A DNA stretch of 63,975 nt, filler included, from Klebsormidium nitens (Eukaryota; Plantae; Klebsormidiophyceae): NCBI GenBank assembly GCA_000708835.1. It is 6 parts of 6 records of this genome, joined end to end, with 100 filler letters (N's around TTAATTAATTAA, not from the genome) between each part and the next. Parts side by side here need not be neighbours in the genome. Positions count along the whole stretch, not along the records: positions 1 to 17,160 come from DF237972.1; positions 17,261 to 48,629 come from DF237760.1; 4 more parts are not named here. The stretch is one strand, 5' to 3'. A program made the position numbers and the translations under genes. Shown here in pieces: positions 11,542 through 24,500 of the stretch. A model generated the notes under the pieces. That model saw only the letters and a program-made list of their open reading frames with translations, made no database searches and was not told the origin of the DNA. How positions within the stretch are numbered: the stretch's first letter is position 1; each line of letters starts with the position of its first letter.

Positions 11542-13738
11542 CTGCTTCAAGGAGATCCACGGATTAAGTGTTGACGAAAGTTGCTTGTTTCAGACACCAG
11601 GAAGCTACTCAGGACTTGACGGTAAGCTAAAAGGGTCATCTGCTCTGAAAGTTGAGGAAGCTATGCGCGGATATTGACAGGAAGGCTTTGGACTTGGAAA
11701 ATCAACTTTCAACACTGAATGGGGCCAAGCGTCCAAGCTTTCTGGCGCGGTTGAGGTGCAATTTCTTTCCAATGAAGCTAGTACATACCTCAAAAGCTTA
11801 TTGAAATGATCTCAAGTAGAGAACTGTAGAACGACCAGACTCAGGTTTTGATTAGACACATGAGCAGAACTAAAATCGATAGATGCACGAAAAAGGCACC
11901 TTCGAATAAGATAGTCTTAGAATTGTCCAATTCGTGCAGATCTAGTGAAGGGTGTGATGCTACCACAAGTAGCTCTGTGGTGAACATCAACGCTGACTGT
12001 AGTTTGCGAAGTTTGAAGAACGCAGCAAGTACGTCACGGCCCCTGAAGTTCCTGCTAGACCCTATAGAAAGTGACTCAAGTCCCTCTTCACAACAATCGT
12101 TTTCTGCACGTTCGCTAGCTTCACTTTACGCTCCTTCTGCGCACATTCCAGCTGAACGGAAGGTACTTGCTTAAGCCAAGCCAACAGTCGGAGAGAACAG
12201 GGCCTTACAGTGATGCTCTTGACCATAAAGAGCCCCTGTCCAGGCGTCAGCGACTTGGAGGCTCCAAGGATGTTGAGCAAGCTGCATAGATCGAATAGAC
12301 AGCTTAGGATAATGGCGGTTGAAGGTGACATGGCACGTCCGCGGCCGTATGATTGCTGCAAAAGCAACGGAACAGTAAAAGGAACTTCTCTGTGATTATT
12401 GAAGTCTGCAAGTGTGGGACGACGGTGGCGCCCAATTTTTCGGTGACCTTGCCTTGACTTGACAAAAGGAGACCTCTTGAGTCCGGAGCATCCGCCAAAA
12501 TTTGTGCTTAGGCATAACCAACTGCCAGCTCTCTGCCCCATCTCCTTGTCAGGTTGGCGGTGCAATCGCAGAATCCACCTTAATATGCAGTATGTGGGGT
12601 TCTCATACAAAGGACATCATGTATGACGTGTTAATTTGCAAGCTCAGAAGAAGGGCCCAAAGGAGCTTCTCAAGGAGGGGGACTTTTTGAAGAGCTGACT
12701 TACTTCATGCTGCCCCCAGGGCCCTGACTCTGGTACTCCTGATACAGGCTGGAATTTGCAGCCATTGTGTCCTCTCTAGGCAAGTCAATGCAGGTTTGTA
12801 CAGAACAGTGCGAAATTAAAATGCTGCAGTGTTCTCAATGTGCCAGCATCGGACCACTGAAAAGTCAGCCTAGAATCCAGCAGAGGCGTGTTGTAGAGAC
12901 GGCTGCTTGACATTGCATACGCTCTCCCACGCTCCGACCTTACCATATGAATGACCAGAATTGCAGGATGCAGCTTGTAAGTAAACAATGCTGCAGTGTC
13001 CTGCAGCATTCAACCTTCCTAAATGAGTCTGCGCAATTCTGCTCGGCTTTCATGGACCTTGTTATGGGACAAGACACTGTGACTCAGGCTGGGCTCTTTG
13101 CTGGTTCAGCAGCTCCCCAGCTACCTTCCACTTGTTTGCTTTCAAGAGCACCTCCGCACATTGTAATTTGTGGTTCACAGGGACCTGAACTTCAAGAAGA
13201 ACTTTCAAAGAGGTGCAGAAGGTGTGTAGATCCGTATTCCTCGAACGGATCGGTGCGATAGCCGAAGCAAATGAGATTGACGGCGTCTCTCACGTCACTC
13301 GCTGAGTTGATCAAATGCCCTTTGGCCACCAAGTGCGGGACGAAAATTATACAAGGGTACTTCCGTTGGAACAAACGTCAGGCACATGTGCCGGCCTTCT
13401 GGCAAGTCTTATTCCGTGTACTGCGCCGATGAAAATTCCTTCTGCTCAGGTTCTGTACATACCGGTAGTTCTCGTGCTCTCTCCAGCAGAACCCAATTGA
13501 AACGTTTGCAAGCATAAGAGGGAGGCGGGCAGAAGCAGCCTTCACGTAGCTGGAAGTACCGGTATTCGTGATCCTACTTAGGAGTACCAGCATATGCAGC
13601 TTGCTGAGGGAGTTTCGCTTCGGGTCAAGATTGCTGGCACGGACTACTCCCTGAGGGCGTTAGACGGTCAACTCACACTTTTGAAAGGGACAAACCCTGC
13701 ACGAATTGTTGTTGGAAGTGTTTCGATTTTAGTGAACC

Positions 13739-16663
13739 ATGGCTTTTGTCATCCAACATATCCCTGCTCCCCTCGCACCCGTAAAGGAAGTAGTCCTCTA
13801 TCCCTACAAGGCGACATGCTATTCATATCTGAGGCAAACCCCTACGGCCCAGGCGCCCAATCCTGCCAAACCGCTGTCCTGCAACAAAGACCAGGGTAAC
13901 CTGTTTCTTGAGTTTCACAGTCGGTACACCCATCAGCTCCAAGTTTCCGAGATGGTCAGTATCGCCGTGTCTCTCCAACCATACGCCCTAGCCACCAAAT
14001 TTTTCCCAGCGGAGGGCTGCGACTGGCCCGAAAAACCTGAGATTGTCGTCACCATCTCTTTAAGCCCAACGCCTATAAACAATGCCGCAAACCATGGCTA
14101 TTATAATGCACCCGAGAAGCTGCAGTACAGGGGGAGCGTGTCTGACAGGTACAAATTGAATCTTGTGACAAGCAAAGTGCCTACTGGATATCGCATTGAA
14201 ATGAAGGGGCTTGAGGTGGCAAGCGCCGACCAACACTCATATCCACTGTTTTGCGAAAGCGTTGATGGTTTTGGTTCAGAAACAATGTCGGCCTTCGTGC
14301 ATCTACGGCACAACGGCAGGTTCAAAGTCTTTTTTGAGCTGCGGTTAGTGGCTGTCAAGCCACATGCCAATTTACTCAAAACAGCGCAGACTTTGGCGGG
14401 CAGGCTGATCAGCAGTGCGGAGGAAACGGGCGATGTCATCCTGAGAACTCAGGTGAGTGTGATTATTCTGAGTTGGTGCTGTGATCACGGTGTTGGCTGC
14501 CAATCCATGAGCTTCAAGCACTGGTCAGATATGCTTCGCTATCGATGTTTTCAGCAACCTATGACGTTATGAAACGCGTTCTCAGCTGCCTGACGCTCAT
14601 TAAGCCTTGACACGGTCAATAGTGAGTTGAGCTTTGGCTGTTACTGGAATGCACAACTTGGAAGGGGTCATCGCCTTCCCCCTAGAAACCTCGCGTCTAA
14701 GCCTTTCTCGACGCTTGTCTGCAGTAGCTGCCACCTGTGCTCTTGTGTGTCTCTCATCCTGCCAAGCTCAGACACTTTGAGTCGCCATGTCAAACCTCTC
14801 CCAAATTCTCAAAGGCTGAGGTCTCATTCCTTGTTCATTTTTGTTGTTTGGTAGGAAGGGGTAAGAGTGTGTACGAAAGAGCAAGGAGCTCTCCAGAGGC
14901 CAACCTTCATGTGGAATGCCCCAGTTGGACAACCTTCTGTCATCCCTTGGCATGCAAACCCTCCGTGTTGGAACCTGTTTCTTTTTGTCTCAGGCGTGCA
15001 GCTTTACTTACTGATTTGCAAAGGGAGCTGTGTGTACATTCCCGAAAAGATGGAAACACTACAACACTGATTTCTCTTTCCAAATGCATTTGAACCTGCT
15101 CTTCTCTCGTTTGCAGGCCGGCACTGAGTTGCCGGCGCACTCGGCCGTTTTATCAGACATCCCCTATTTCAAGGCCCGTTTTGGACCCGATTGGAGGAAG
15201 GAGCCCGCGGCAGGAGAGCCTACGGTGTGTTTACTTCCCGTAGAAGCCAGTGAGGAGAGTTTGACCATCTTCCGGTCGTACGTGTATGGCGAGCCGCACA
15301 CTCTGGGAGCAATCAAATCGCACGAAGTGCTTCAGGTGAAACTCGTCTTTTCATCACCTTTTCACACATTGCGGGTCCTTGACGCTTGCAAGGTTTCAGT
15401 GATCTTTTTGCGAATTGCAAAGTGAGGGCTGTAAGTGTTTCATTCTGCACGTTCACTTCCACGAACGCAGATTTGGCAGATTAGCCTTAAATCAAACACT
15501 TACTGGGTCCACTGTGGCGGCGTTTCAGTGCTGCTTTCGAAGTTTTCGCTTCTCCCCCGGCTTTGACGGGGTCTAGATTTGAGAGCAATTGCGAAGAGCA
15601 CCGCTTTCTGGATAACGAAACACCACGTGGCTGTGAGTTGAACCACTTGCTCCTTTCCGGTCCCTCCAAGTAGAACAGGGTAGCTCGCTCACTACGCTTT
15701 GGAAATTGACAACTGAAACGTTGCTTGCGCCAGGGCGTCAATCCAGCCCTTCTTTAAGTGCTGATGCTGCAAAAAGTCAAACATGTTCAGCTGAGGCTTG
15801 AGCTAGCTTCAGCTTCACGCTTGAGCCTGAGCGTGAAGCTTGTTTCCGTTTTGTAACCTGGCAGGGTGCCGGTTGATTACTCGGCCGGTATCAAATCCAG
15901 ACTTGTGAAAGGAGTCGTAACACTCCAAGTTGCAAACAGCGTCAGCCAAAATCGAGAAGTTGAGCCAGGGCCCTTTACACTCATATCCGACTACATCCTC
16001 TAACCGTGCTTGTACTTTCCTTTAATATAACGTCAGGGTGGGGCTCGCAAACCCTGTTCAAGTTGCTTGGTGTCTTGCTTTGTTGATGCGAGCTTGTTAC
16101 CGCATCTTCAGGACAATCTAGCTTAGCTACCCAGAAAAGCTGTAATTTCCTACTTTCAGCACCTGAGACGGAGGGTACACTTGGAGTTTGCTCTTCTTCT
16201 TTTAGAACTGTGATCCTTTACTTTGAGTATCTGAGACGGAGGGTGCTTGGAGGCATTTTGCTTTCGGAAAAGAACCTTGCAAACTCTGCGTTTTCGGTCG
16301 AGCTTACTTGCCAAGCATTGTGAGGCCCGCTGTGCAGGGCGCTTTGGAGTTCCAGTTGATCAGGACCAGCGACTAATCAGCGGATGTCGCTTGCAGGCGC
16401 TCTTCTCACTTGGAGAAGCTTGCGACCTCCCAACCCTATGTAAAGAGGTCGCAAGTGTTGTCAAGATTCAAGAAAACGAGGTCTCGGATTGGGTAGATTG
16501 GCTGGGAAGGGAACACCTTCCCGAGATACAACCAATCAGGAAACAGGTAACAGCTCTTGTGAAGCAAGCCGTGCTGTCTAAGAAGACCTTCTGGGAGGAG
16601 CTGTCAATGGAGGACCTGAGCCACATCTACCACGCTACGAAGCGGCATAAGAAAAGCGACTAA
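13739..16663 (+). CDS. BTB/POZ-domain protein with an unrecognised N-terminal region
   Basis: Exons 13739-14452, 15117-15335 and 16397-16663, all phase 0. BTB signature ETGDVILRTQ|AGTELPAHSAVLSDIPYFKARFGPDW...EESLTIFRSYVYGE, followed by a helical tail (ALFSLGEACDLPTLCKEV). Start codon uncertain. Confidence 0.8.
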
Positions 16664-16987
16664 TAGCTACCATGGGACACTTTAACTCCTATTAAATTCC
16701 CCCCGATACGGCCTCAGTTATGGCAGATTGTGCTACTTGAGTTGACAAGATATGAGTTTGCCAAATGCAGCACATACAATCAGCACCAAGCGGGTCAGCG
16801 GCATGCGGTCATTGCGTCCTCAACGATGTTCTCTTCTTCTCTGTCAAAGCGCCGTATAGCGACATGCATGGGGCATATAGGCCCATAGTACCAATGAGCC
16901 ACATAAACGCGCTTGCTTCCTTCAAGGAAGGCAATCTCCAGTTGGCTTGCTCGCTTGCTCGTTGTTGAACGATTCAGTGCGACTTTG

Positions 16988-17160
16988 AGGGATCCCTCTG
17001 CAGAGTCCAGACCCATATTCGACCAGACCGGACTCGTTGCAGTTGGCCGGCGCTCGCTCTAGATGCTCTCCGAGGGATCCCTCTGCAGACCCATTATTCG
17101 ACTATAGACGGGACCCGTTAATTCGCATTTGGCGCTCGCTCTAGATGCTCGCTGCTTAGG
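16988..17160. repeat. Imperfect two-copy direct repeat (about 85 bp unit) abutting an assembly gap
   Basis: GAGGGATCCCTCTGCAGA...GGCGCTCGCTCTAGATGCTC occurs twice in tandem. Confidence 0.75.
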
Positions 17161-17260
17161 NNNNNNNNNNNNNNNNNNNNNNNNNNNNNNNNNNNNNNNN
17201 NNNNTTAATTAATTAANNNNNNNNNNNNNNNNNNNNNNNNNNNNNNNNNNNNNNNNNNNN
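17161..17260. other. Scaffold gap (100 bp, N run with artificial TTAATTAATTAA six-frame stop spacer)
   Basis: The same construct occurs at 48630-48729, 52033-52132, 55639-55738 and 62254-62353. A plain N gap lies at 49733-49841. Confidence 0.97.
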
Positions 17261-17333
17261 TGCGAACGCCCCCATACGCGCGCGGACAATATACTGGGAC
17301 GAGTTCGATATGAAGATTCATAGACTCGAATCG

Positions 17334-17615
17334 TCACACGAATGGAGTCTGGTATAAGCTGGCGTTGCACTTCTGCAGCTGAAGGGGAGGGTTGGGATGG
17401 AAAAGGGGGTTGACCAAGCTTGTGTTGTCGCGAAAGAAAGCATTGAGTGGACCAGGATCAGGCAGACTAGTGTTCCCTTCCACTTCCACATAAGCAATCA
17501 CCACCTGAAGGGTAATGTTGGCTGCTTCACCTCTGTTCAAGGCGAGTGCTGCAACCATGATCAGAATAGCAACCCTGAACAAAACACACCCCGGTGGCAC
17601 CTTCGGATCTGCCAT
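17334..17615 (-). CDS. Possible secreted or membrane protein N-terminus (may continue into the gap)
   Basis: MADPKVPPGCVLFRVAILIMVAALALNRGEAA has a signal-peptide-like hydrophobic core and an AxA-like cleavage site, followed by NxT/S sequons (NIT, NTS, NAS). Confidence 0.4.
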   Translation of the reverse strand: MADPKVPPGCVLFRVAILIMVAALALNRGEAANITLQVVIAYVEVEGNTSLPDPGPLNAFFRDNTSLVNPLFHPNPPLQLQKCNASLYQTPFV

Positions 17616-18594
17616 GCTTGACTTGAGCGCCTTTCGTCCGCACGCGATGACAACGTGCTCCTTTTCTTTGCCGCGCTTTAGGTACAGAGAGTTGCTGGCC
17701 GAACCGCGGCCGCTGAAGCGGATTCCCCAAGGTTTACAAGGGTTTCGCGGGAACAACAGTGCGGCGACGCGGCCGCACTGCTGACCCGATCGTCCGGATC
17801 GACGGCCCAAACACCGTACCGGCCGGCCCGGCGTACGTGGGACTCACGGTCTTTCGATCCGCGACGGTTCGGACGATGTCTTTTGTGCGGCCGCGGCCGG
17901 GCCGCGCATTGTCCCGGTAAGGGACCCCGAGGACTGGTGGTTGGAAGTTGAATGATCGGGGCACTCTTTAGAGTTCTTACAAAGTTTTCCGAATGCGCTT
18001 GCTGATTCGATCAGAAGTTGCTGCTCAGCAGCTATACTCTCCTGAAACTGTTGATTCATGTTCCAGCGCTGCCGGCCCACTATTCCCGTCTGCGACATGG
18101 AGGCATTAGTCCCAGGGCCGGGGACGGCCCTGAAGAAGCTGTCATTAATTGCAGAGCAAGAATGGCACGATTACTAGGATATGACAGTCAATAGTATGAA
18201 AGACCCGACGGAAGTGATTGGCGCGTCGGCCTAAAATACGAAGTCGTATGTGATCGAGTAATGACTTGTCCGACTCGATCATAGATTGATGCTGCCTTAC
18301 CGAGCCTGGGCCTTGATTTTCATATCAGATCACATCCGATAGCATCCATACTTCTGTCTCTTGACAATTATATAGGGACGAAAAGCTGCGTCTGGACAGT
18401 TCGCAGCGCCACATGGAACATGCATCCACTTGAGCGTATGAGCGCGGAATGACGCAAATGTTATGATTATACTGCTCAAAATGGGTGTCGCAACCCAGAG
18501 TATTTTACGTAATCTGCAGTACCGCTGTGTTAGGTATGCTCGCATCCTGGATTGCTGGCATCATGAAGAGCTGGAGCATAGTACTTGCTCCATG

Positions 18595-21500
18595 TCAACT
18601 CGATAAGGTTATTGCCACAGGAGTCGAAGCCTGGGCTCTCCTGGGCGAAACCAAAAGTGGTGTCGCCGGTACGCTGACGCTCAGCTGCTTCTTTTCTGCC
18701 GATGTGACCAATCTTCGCCGTGCCTTCGGCTGTATATCCTTCTCTAGAAACAGCGCCAACTGCAAGAGAAGAAGGGAACTTTCAACGAAAAAGGTAGTCG
18801 AGACAATTGACAGCGTACTCCTCTGCCCAAGAGAAGTTGAGGCTCTCACCATATCTGTTTACCTACAAGCAACTTAACGAGATTACGGTTCTCTACTCAC
18901 ACATTCTTCTTCCTTGCTACATCCTCTACTTTGTCATGTTTCAAGTCATGCCGAGTCTTCCTTGTTATATGTCTTGGACTGCTTTAGAAGTCGTAACGAC
19001 CTTCTTGTTCTTGTTTCGGACTGCCCCCTCATAATAGATCTTGCAGAATTTTTCAGGACGCAGCCCACGAAAGGCTGCAAGAAGGGCCTACGGAGTATCC
19101 CGGACGCTGACGTCTGTGACGTCTAATTTCTACAGGAGGAGATACACACGTCTGCCTCTAGGCAAAAGATCTGGTTCAAAGCAGCCCTCCTCTCTATCGT
19201 CCAAATTGCAAAGCATGTTTCAATCATAGAGTCCAAAAATCTGGTCCATCACAGGCGAGCTACAAATCCAGAACCGCCCCCACACTAAACGTTCCGAGGA
19301 AGAAACTCTCAGGGGGATCCCTCAAAGGTTAAAGCCGCTCACCCGCTTGGACAGGTGCGGCGGCCGCGGGTTGCCCACTTTCTGCTCTAGCGGCTGCTTG
19401 TACCGGAACGCCGCCAGCCGGACAAGCGCTTCCAAAAACTCCATGTACGTCAGCGTGGGCTCGCCGGACTCCCCTCCGAGCACGTCCGGCACGTGGACTT
19501 TCGCAAAGATGGCGTCGCAAGCAGCCTGCAAAAGAAAAGACTACGATCTGGAGCACGATTTCTTGTCATCATGGAAAAGGAAATAGCGGCTTTCGGCATG
19601 ATTGCAAAGCGGGGCGAAACCAGAAAGGACTCTTCGTCGACCAGGTCACCATCTATAGCGGCCGATACAGAAACACTTTTGCGACTCCTTCTCATCGAAG
19701 ATCGTTTTCCAGATTGGAGGTGATTCTGTCCACAGCAACTTCAGCAACTTCCCTCAGAGGGCGCTTGACTGCGACTCAGAGGCCTGCTTTTAAAAAACTC
19801 GCACGCGCTTTTGAAGACTTTCAAAAGACTCAAGATATGGACGACATTCCCAGGTCGATTTGGATAAGTGGTGTCGCTTACGGGTGCGACTGCGATGCCA
19901 GGCCCGTCCGCCTGCCGTTTCAACAGGCCGATGTCCCGCACTAGTTTTCCTGCAACGAGAGGCGGGGAGGAAACTCGGTGAGACAGGTGAGAGCAAGGCT
20001 GAATCCATAAACAGCGAGGTAATCCTAAGCGAAACCAAAAGGGACCACGGACTCGAAGTTCAGCATTTTGCGGAAGCTGCATGTTCAGCCCTTCAAGCTC
20101 ACGTTGTAATCAAAGCAAATCGTTCGATTCGTTCCGAATGCTCTTGAACCATATTGACGGCATTCAGAGGGATTCCGGTCGACCTTCGTGACAAATGAGT
20201 GCAAAGAGAAGCACGGTCCCCCCGCCTTCCGTCGCCAACTTTCAAGATTCGTAACACAGAGTCCGGCTGATTAAAGTTGAGGAGAAGGGCTTGATTAAGG
20301 TCACCGGTGAGCCAGGGGGAAGAATCAATTATGGTGTATTCCAAAACAGAGAAAGCGTGTAGCTCAGCATAATCCTGCTACTCTGCAAGCGTTCTTGTCA
20401 AGACGCAACTTATTCAAACCACTCGATGCGGCGCAGGTGAGTCCCAAAAAAGAAAGAAACGCCCGCTCACCGAACTGCAGCAGGGTCATGCTGGGGCGGC
20501 TCTTGTCGGTGTAGCTCTTCCCCAGCATACAGTAAAAGGCGTAGATCTCCTTCAGGTGCTCGTCGGCGCCCGCCAGTTTCTTTTGGACCGCGTTCAGTTG
20601 CGCCGGGCCGTCATCCTCCTGCAGCGACGGAACTAACCGGAACGTGAGTGCGTGGCGGTCGAAAGCACGCAAAATTCAACGGTTATGAGATTTTACCTTC
20701 GTTCAGGTCAATGACTCGAATGATAAAAAGAGTCTGTTGCACTATTTCCTTACTCGCCCCTTTGGCTTCGATTGGTCTGGCTGCAATCCAGATCGGAAAT
20801 AGCTCCCACAATGCAGGTCACCGGATGATGAAGAGATGATGAAAAGATAACGGTTGAATAAAAGGCTATTGGTCAACAGTGATACATCATGGCTTCTGAT
20901 ACTGGACACCGAATCCTTGATATCTTCGACTTCAAAGCATCAGCTTTACGGCGACCAAGACCATCACGTATGGAGTCTGAGAGGAGATAAATTGCGAAGC
21001 TCGTCTTTTGACACCTTTTCAATAGTGCTCCTACTTCCCCGTTCGCACGGCCTGATCAATCCTACTTCAGATCTCATTTTCGTCCGGATTCATGCTTTGG
21101 TGTTTTAGCCAGAGCTGCATACCCACCGTCACCAACAGATCCTCCACGTTGATCGTAATAAAGTTTCCGCCCGCTCGCGGAGAGATCGCCGCGCTGTACA
21201 GCGATATCTGGTCGCCATCCACGCTGGGCGCCTCCAAAACGACGGCCGGCGTCGCCCTGCGCGCGGCCGCCATCGCTGCCGCGGCCGCGGCCGCGGCGCC
21301 GTCGCGCGCGGGAAGCGCGCTCCCGAAGCGCTCGCGGAACTCCACCAGCTGGCGGCTGACGGCAGCAACGACCTCCTTCTCTTCGTCGACGTTCTTTCGG
21401 AGGGACGCGCACTCGGCGCGCGACGCGGCCAACTCTGCAGGGGTTCGAAAAGACTTTCGGGACGCCGCGAGCAGCGTTGCCGCGAAATGTACTCATTGTG

Positions 21501-24500
21501 GCTCCGCTTAAAGACTGTAAAATCATTCAAAGCTTCGCCGCTTGAAGGCCATGTCTTCAACCAGGGACCGGATGCAAGACCATTCAAGTGGCGTCCCGGG
21601 ACTACCAGCTGAGTGCAAGATTTTGCGAAGGTAGCGCGTACGACGGTTGGAAGGGACCGGAGTTAAGGGAAGCGGATTCAGGAACCCAACTTGGTGGCGA
21701 AATTGAGGGCAACACATTGATTAAATTAAACGCCGCCTGGTTCTGCTTGATCTCTTACTCACAGCAGTTTGCCTTGATTCTAGCAGCAACACATACGCTC
21801 AATAAATTTCAGTTTAGCGACAGAACATGTCAGACAAAGTTTAAAAGGCGCTCTTCCAAGCCGGGGGCCTCACCGATGAGCAGCTGCGCCTCCCCCTGCT
21901 TCAGCAGCTTCTGCGCCTCTGTGTGCTCCACGATCGCGCTCATCGCCGCGTCGCGCTCGCGCCGAAGCAGCTGCAAAAGGACCACGCGCGCGAAACGTCA
22001 GCGAGTGGTAACGTGGCGGCCGTGTGCGGCCGAGCTTAGTCTCGTGAAAAGGTGGTGATACTCTTCAATTATCACATGAGTTCGAGACTACTCTTTCAAT
22101 GAAAGTGTTATTCAAGCCAACCTTGATCGCGCGCAATTGGCAAGTTCCAAAGGCAATCTGCACAATCTACAGTGGAAAGGTATCTACAAATCGAAACTAA
22201 GCGCTTTATCCCCAAAGCCTTACTGTCTTCCATGATTACCAATCCGTCGCAGCTTTTTGTACAGCTTCAACTGGGGTATGCAAAGCTGGGCAATCCTCCT
22301 CCTCTAGTTGACAGCACGCGTCTGGCCTGACTTCTGAATACGTCAGCACCGGCAAACGCGTTCCGGCCGAAGATCATGTTTCGTCACCCGCCACCTCACC
22401 TCCAGCAGTTCGTCCCGCTCTTTGGTCACGCCCGCGAGGTCCGCCGCGAGCCGCGCGTTTTCCTCGCGCAGCGCGTGTTCCTCGCGGCCGGCCGCCTCTA
22501 AACCCGTCTTGGCCTCCAGAAACTGCGCGGTCAGCTGGCGCACCATCGCGTTGTAAACGCTGTGTTGCTCCGCCAGGCTGGCCTCGCTCTGCGCACGAGA
22601 CGAGCAGGTGACGTCAGCGAAGAGGGACTGGCGTCAGCACACAGAGATGATTCCAAAAATTGCGCGGTCAGCTGGCGCACCATCGCGCTGTACACGCTGT
22701 GCTGCTTCGCGAGCTAGCTTCGCTCTGCGCGTGCGACGACGTGGTAATGTCAGAAAGTGCGTGGATACGTGAACAAACTGAGGCGACGTGTCTTTCTCGT
22801 TTGCAACGCGCTCCAGAAAACCACGCAGTGTGCATCGCCAATCCACCGAGCCCTCGCCTCCCTTGTGTGCAGTAGAACTGGTGACGTGAGCCAGAGATAC
22901 TTTTCAGAGAGACGATTTTCGTTTCCGCGATTGTCCCTGAGCTTCCGCGTTTCCAATGCTCTTGTTTACTTTTCCCTTCAGCAAGGGACAGTCTCTGAAA
23001 GCCTCCTTAATGAATGAAGGTCTGCAGAACGTCAGAGCACACTAGAACGGTCAACCATGACGGCGACGTCTCACCTCTTGCAATCGCCTTTTGGTCGCCT
23101 GCAGCTCCTGATAGAAGTGCTGCACTTGTTCCCGGCTTGCTTCGACCTCCTGGAAAGAGAAGAAGGTACTGTGTGTAAGTGCTTCGCGGACCGCAATTGT
23201 TTTTCGGACTGCTTTCAAGAACGTCTTGGCACCACAAATACTCTGATATGGTTTCCTGACTGCCGAAAATTCAATGGTACTGGAAATGGACTCCAGACTC
23301 CACTCTATTTCCAATTTCCAGAACCGATGCCTATGTCGGAAGTAGGAAGAAATTCCACGCTGGTGAGCTTGATCCTACTGCTTTCTCTCATATTCTCTTC
23401 TGCATGCATTCAAGAGCACAGAATCCAACTAATCTTCGAAGCGACATGACCTGCTCTGTTTGCGAGCAAGTCCGCAAAATGATATTAGCGACTCTCAACG
23501 AACGCGTGTCCACGAGAAGAAGACTGAGCGCTGTCAAGCCGTACCTCTGTCAGAGTTGCCGCCATGTCCGCGTCGCACTTGCGGTCCCGCCCGCCGTACG
23601 TCCAGAAGCGCGTCCCGGACGCTTCCTGCGGACGCTTCGACGGCGAGACGTGAGAGCCGCTGGTGGAGGGGTTCCCGGGGCCCCGCTGGGGGGACGGTTG
23701 CCGGACCGCGCTGTACGGCCTACGGGCAAAAAACGATGATCTTGTTAGAAACGGGGCCTTACCAGTTCAGCCAAACGGAGCGATCGCAAAGATGCGCGCG
23801 CTGAACGTTACTTTTAAATACTCTGGCGCATGATTTGATGCTGAACAAAGAGCGTACTGACGCAAAAGACGGTGCATGAGACGGAGCCTCACTTTGTCAA
23901 ATGCAGAATCCAATCTCTGGTACACTTGGACCTTCAGCTCGAAGCCAAAACAACCGGCAGATTGACATTGGCATCTTCTTTGCAATCATGGTACTTTTTT
24001 TGGTGATTGTCCCCGCATCAATTTGGTCGGAGGATCTCGCCTCACGCCTCCAATTACTCACGGGGGATGGTGCCCGGCGGTCGCCACCAGCGCGGCCCCC
24101 CGGGGGCTGTCCTTCCTGTCGCGGGGGCTCGCCAGCGCGCGCGCGTTTCTGGCGCTCCTCAGGGAGTCGCTTGGTGACTCTTGCCGGGCGTCCGCAATGC
24201 GCGCCTCGCGCTCGCGCTCTTTGACCCAGTCGCTAATGACGCTGGTCTTCCGCTGCCCGGTTTTGTCGTCCGTATACTTTAAGGCTTGGCTTGAGATGTG
24301 GGGGAGGTCCGGGGTTTGGAGGTTTCGGAGGGTTTGGCGCGGAGACGTCGCGAGGGCGCCCGCCGGGGCGTGCTCGGTAGAAGAGAGGCCCGTCGTCTCG
24401 GAGATGTACTGCACGAGTTGCAAGTGATAACCGTCTCAGAACGGTAGGAGAAAGAAAAGGGGCTCCCGAGGCGGATTGCCTGGGGGCCCCCCGCCAATAC

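Noticed and set aside
17206-17217. Recurrent palindrome TTAATTAATTAA (5 copies in the window)
   Set aside because: Always centred in a 100-bp N run. It is an artificial six-frame stop spacer added during scaffolding, not biology.
21074-21587. Several 120-150 aa overlapping ORFs in GC-rich patches (also near 24023, 30352 and 59225)
   Set aside because: Alternative-frame or antisense shadows of real GC-rich exons.
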